From Aquimonas sp. (lineage in GTDB: Bacteria > Pseudomonadota > Gammaproteobacteria > Xanthomonadales > Xanthomonadaceae), in assembly GCA_044344935.1 (NCBI GenBank), contig JBIJCA010000001.1, forward strand, positions 17,410-81,409: a stretch of 64,000 bases of DNA, read 5' to 3'. The notes below the pieces were generated by a model. That model did no database searches and had not been told where the DNA came from. It was given only the letters and a program-made list of their open reading frames with translations. The position numbers were made by a program, and so were the translations under genes. Below, one piece after another: positions 62,290 to 64,000 of this stretch; the first letter of the stretch is position 1, and each line of letters starts with the position of its first letter.

Positions 62290-63835
62290 AGCTGCAGGAC
62301 AGCATCGAACAGCCGGCGCGGTGACGCGCCCAGTCGGGGCGCTTCTGCGCGTAGGCCTCGGCGCCGGGTTGCTCTTCATGGGGACGTTCGAGCACCGCCT
62401 GCAGGCGGTGCAGCGGCGCGAGGTCGCCCTGCTCGGCGGCGTCGATGGCCTGCTGGGCGAGCCAGTTGCGCGGGACGTACAGCGGATTCATCGCAGCCAT
62501 GCGCTCGCGCCGCGCCGCAGGCGCCGCTTCGCTGCCCAGCCGCTGTGCGTAATCGGTCAACCATGTGGATAGCGCCGCTCGCTGGGCTTCAAAGCCGGGC
62601 TCGCTGTAGCTCGCCTCACGCAGGGTTTCGATCTCTGGCCGGTCGGGATCCAGATCCATCAGCCTGCGGAAGGTCAGCGTGAAATCGAGCTCGGCGGCGT
62701 GCATCAGCCCATACAGGCGCTGTGACAGCCCGAGGTCGCCCTCGCGCGCGTCCAGCAGGCCGAGCTTTGCGGCACTGAACCCGGCGTGCGTGCGGTTGAA
62801 GGTCTCGGCGTAGGCGCGCAGGCCTTCGCGCAGGATCTCCTGATCCGCGAACAGCGCGGACACCGCACCGGCGAGGCAGGACAGGTTCCAGTGTCCGATC
62901 TGTGGCTGCCGACCGAAGGCGTAACGCCGCCCCTCCGCATCGGTGGTGTTGGGCGTCCACTCCGGATCGAAGTCTTCCAGCCAGCCGTAAGGGCCGTAGT
63001 CGATGGTCAGCCCGAGCACAGAAAGATTGTCTGTGTTCATCACGCCGTGCACGAAACCGACCCGCATCCAGTGCGCGATCGTTCGCGCGGTGCGCTCGCA
63101 GATCGCCCGGAAGACCTCCGCATCGCGCTGCGGCGCGTCCGCGAATTCGGGGTAGTCGCGCACGCACATGAAGTTCCAGAGCTGCCGCAGCAGTGCGTGC
63201 TCGCCGCGCGAGGCCGGCAGTTCGAAGTGGCCGAAACGCAGGAAGCTCGGCGCCACCCGGCAGACGATCGCACCGGGCTCGGGCTTGGGATCGCCCGCGT
63301 ACAGGATGTCGCGTACCACCGCTTCTCCCGTGGCGATCAGCGACAGCGCGCGGGTGGTCGGAATGCCCAGTGCGTGCATGGCCTCGCTGCAGACGAACTC
63401 GCGCAGCGAAGAGCGCAGCACGGCGCGGCCGTCGGCGCGGCGCGAGTAGGGCGTGGGGCCCGCACCCTTGAGCTGCAGCTCATGGCGGCGACGGTCGGCG
63501 GCGATGACCTCGCCGAGGCTGATCGCGCGTCCGTCGCCGAGCTGGCCAGCCCAGTGGCCGAACTGGTGGCCGCCGTAGTTGGTGGCGATCGGCTGCATGC
63601 CGACCAGCAGCGCGTTGCCGCTGAAAACCTCGGCAAACTCGGGGCTGCGCAACTGTGCCGCGCTCAGTCCGAGCTCTGCGGCCAGCGAGCTCGACGCCGC
63701 CAGCAGACGCGGCGCTCGCACCGGCGTCGGCTGTACGCTCGACCACAGCGCGGCGCCGACCTGACGCGTGTAGTTGCCGGCTTCGGGGTCGCCGGGCAGG
63801 TCACGCCGGAAGGCATTGTCGAACTCGAGGTGCAT
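62285..63835 (-). CDS. selO: protein adenylyltransferase SelO (YdiU)
   Basis: YGGHQFGHWAGQLGDGRA, LKGAGPTPYSR, HGVMNTDN, DYGPYGW, C-terminal GCSMLSCSS. Confidence 0.96.
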   Translation of the reverse strand: MHLEFDNAFRRDLPGDPEAGNYTRQVGAALWSSVQPTPVRAPRLLAASSSLAAELGLSAAQLRSPEFAEVFSGNALLVGMQPIATNYGGHQFGHWAGQLGDGRAISLGEVIAADRRRHELQLKGAGPTPYSRRADGRAVLRSSLREFVCSEAMHALGIPTTRALSLIATGEAVVRDILYAGDPKPEPGAIVCRVAPSFLRFGHFELPASRGEHALLRQLWNFMCVRDYPEFADAPQRDAEVFRAICERTARTIAHWMRVGFVHGVMNTDNLSVLGLTIDYGPYGWLEDFDPEWTPNTTDAEGRRYAFGRQPQIGHWNLSCLAGAVSALFADQEILREGLRAYAETFNRTHAGFSAAKLGLLDAREGDLGLSQRLYGLMHAAELDFTLTFRRLMDLDPDRPEIETLREASYSEPGFEAQRAALSTWLTDYAQRLGSEAAPAARRERMAAMNPLYVPRNWLAQQAIDAAEQGDLAPLHRLQAVLERPHEEQPGAEAYAQKRPDWARHRAGCSMLSCSS

Positions 63836-63920
63836 GCGCGGGGTCCGGGACGTATCAGCGCGACGGACGCAGGGGCCTACATGCGCCCGCGGGCAGCCGT
63901 CGGGTGCCGCGGGCGGGACG

Positions 63921-64000
63921 TCAGTTCGCCGAGCGACCGGTTTCCTTCAGCAAACGGTAGCGCTGCAGGATGCTGTCGTACTCGGCCTGCAGGTTTTCGC
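63921..64000 (-). CDS. 3' end of a gene starting beyond the window (partial)
   Basis: Minus strand reads ENLQAEYDSILQRYRLLKETGRSAN* with GC-rich third positions. Confidence 0.5.
   Translation of the reverse strand, partial: ENLQAEYDSILQRYRLLKETGRSAN

Noticed and set aside
62285-62320. Selenocysteine at the SelO C-terminal redox motif
   Set aside because: The motif reads CSMLSCSS with ordinary Cys codons and ends in TAG; there is no in-frame TGA.

Overview
GC-rich gammaproteobacterial chromosome segment spanning the replication origin. Gene order points to Xanthomonadales: oriC in the dnaA-dnaN gap, tonB-exbB-exbD-exbD next to pdxJ, rnpA-yidC without yidD. Core genes are galE, glmS, pdxJ, gyrB, recF (carrying two parS sites), dnaN, dnaA, rpmH, rnpA, yidC, mnmE, tatD, thrABC, arfB, truC, hemF, polA and selO. 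Accessory genes include a third ExbD, an ATP-grasp ligase/7TM inactive-transglutaminase pair, two lipoprotein-anchored TonB-C proteins, two large modular Lys-C-type proteases, and an ECF sigma/Ser-Thr kinase/Cpe-like serine hydrolase cluster. The strongest signal outside the ORF track is a tandem pair of paralogous four-hairpin sRNAs downstream of polA (sX13-like). Their stems differ in sequence yet still pair, and their C-rich loops are conserved. The window also holds two ATAG-type REP/BIME clusters (one containing a diverged copy of the pirin 3' end), inverted GGGATT(G/C) heptamer elements, and a further candidate sRNA of about 160 nt. No tRNA, rRNA, transposase, integrase or CRISPR-cas was recognised. 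All assignments come from reading motifs by eye; no database search or folding program was run.
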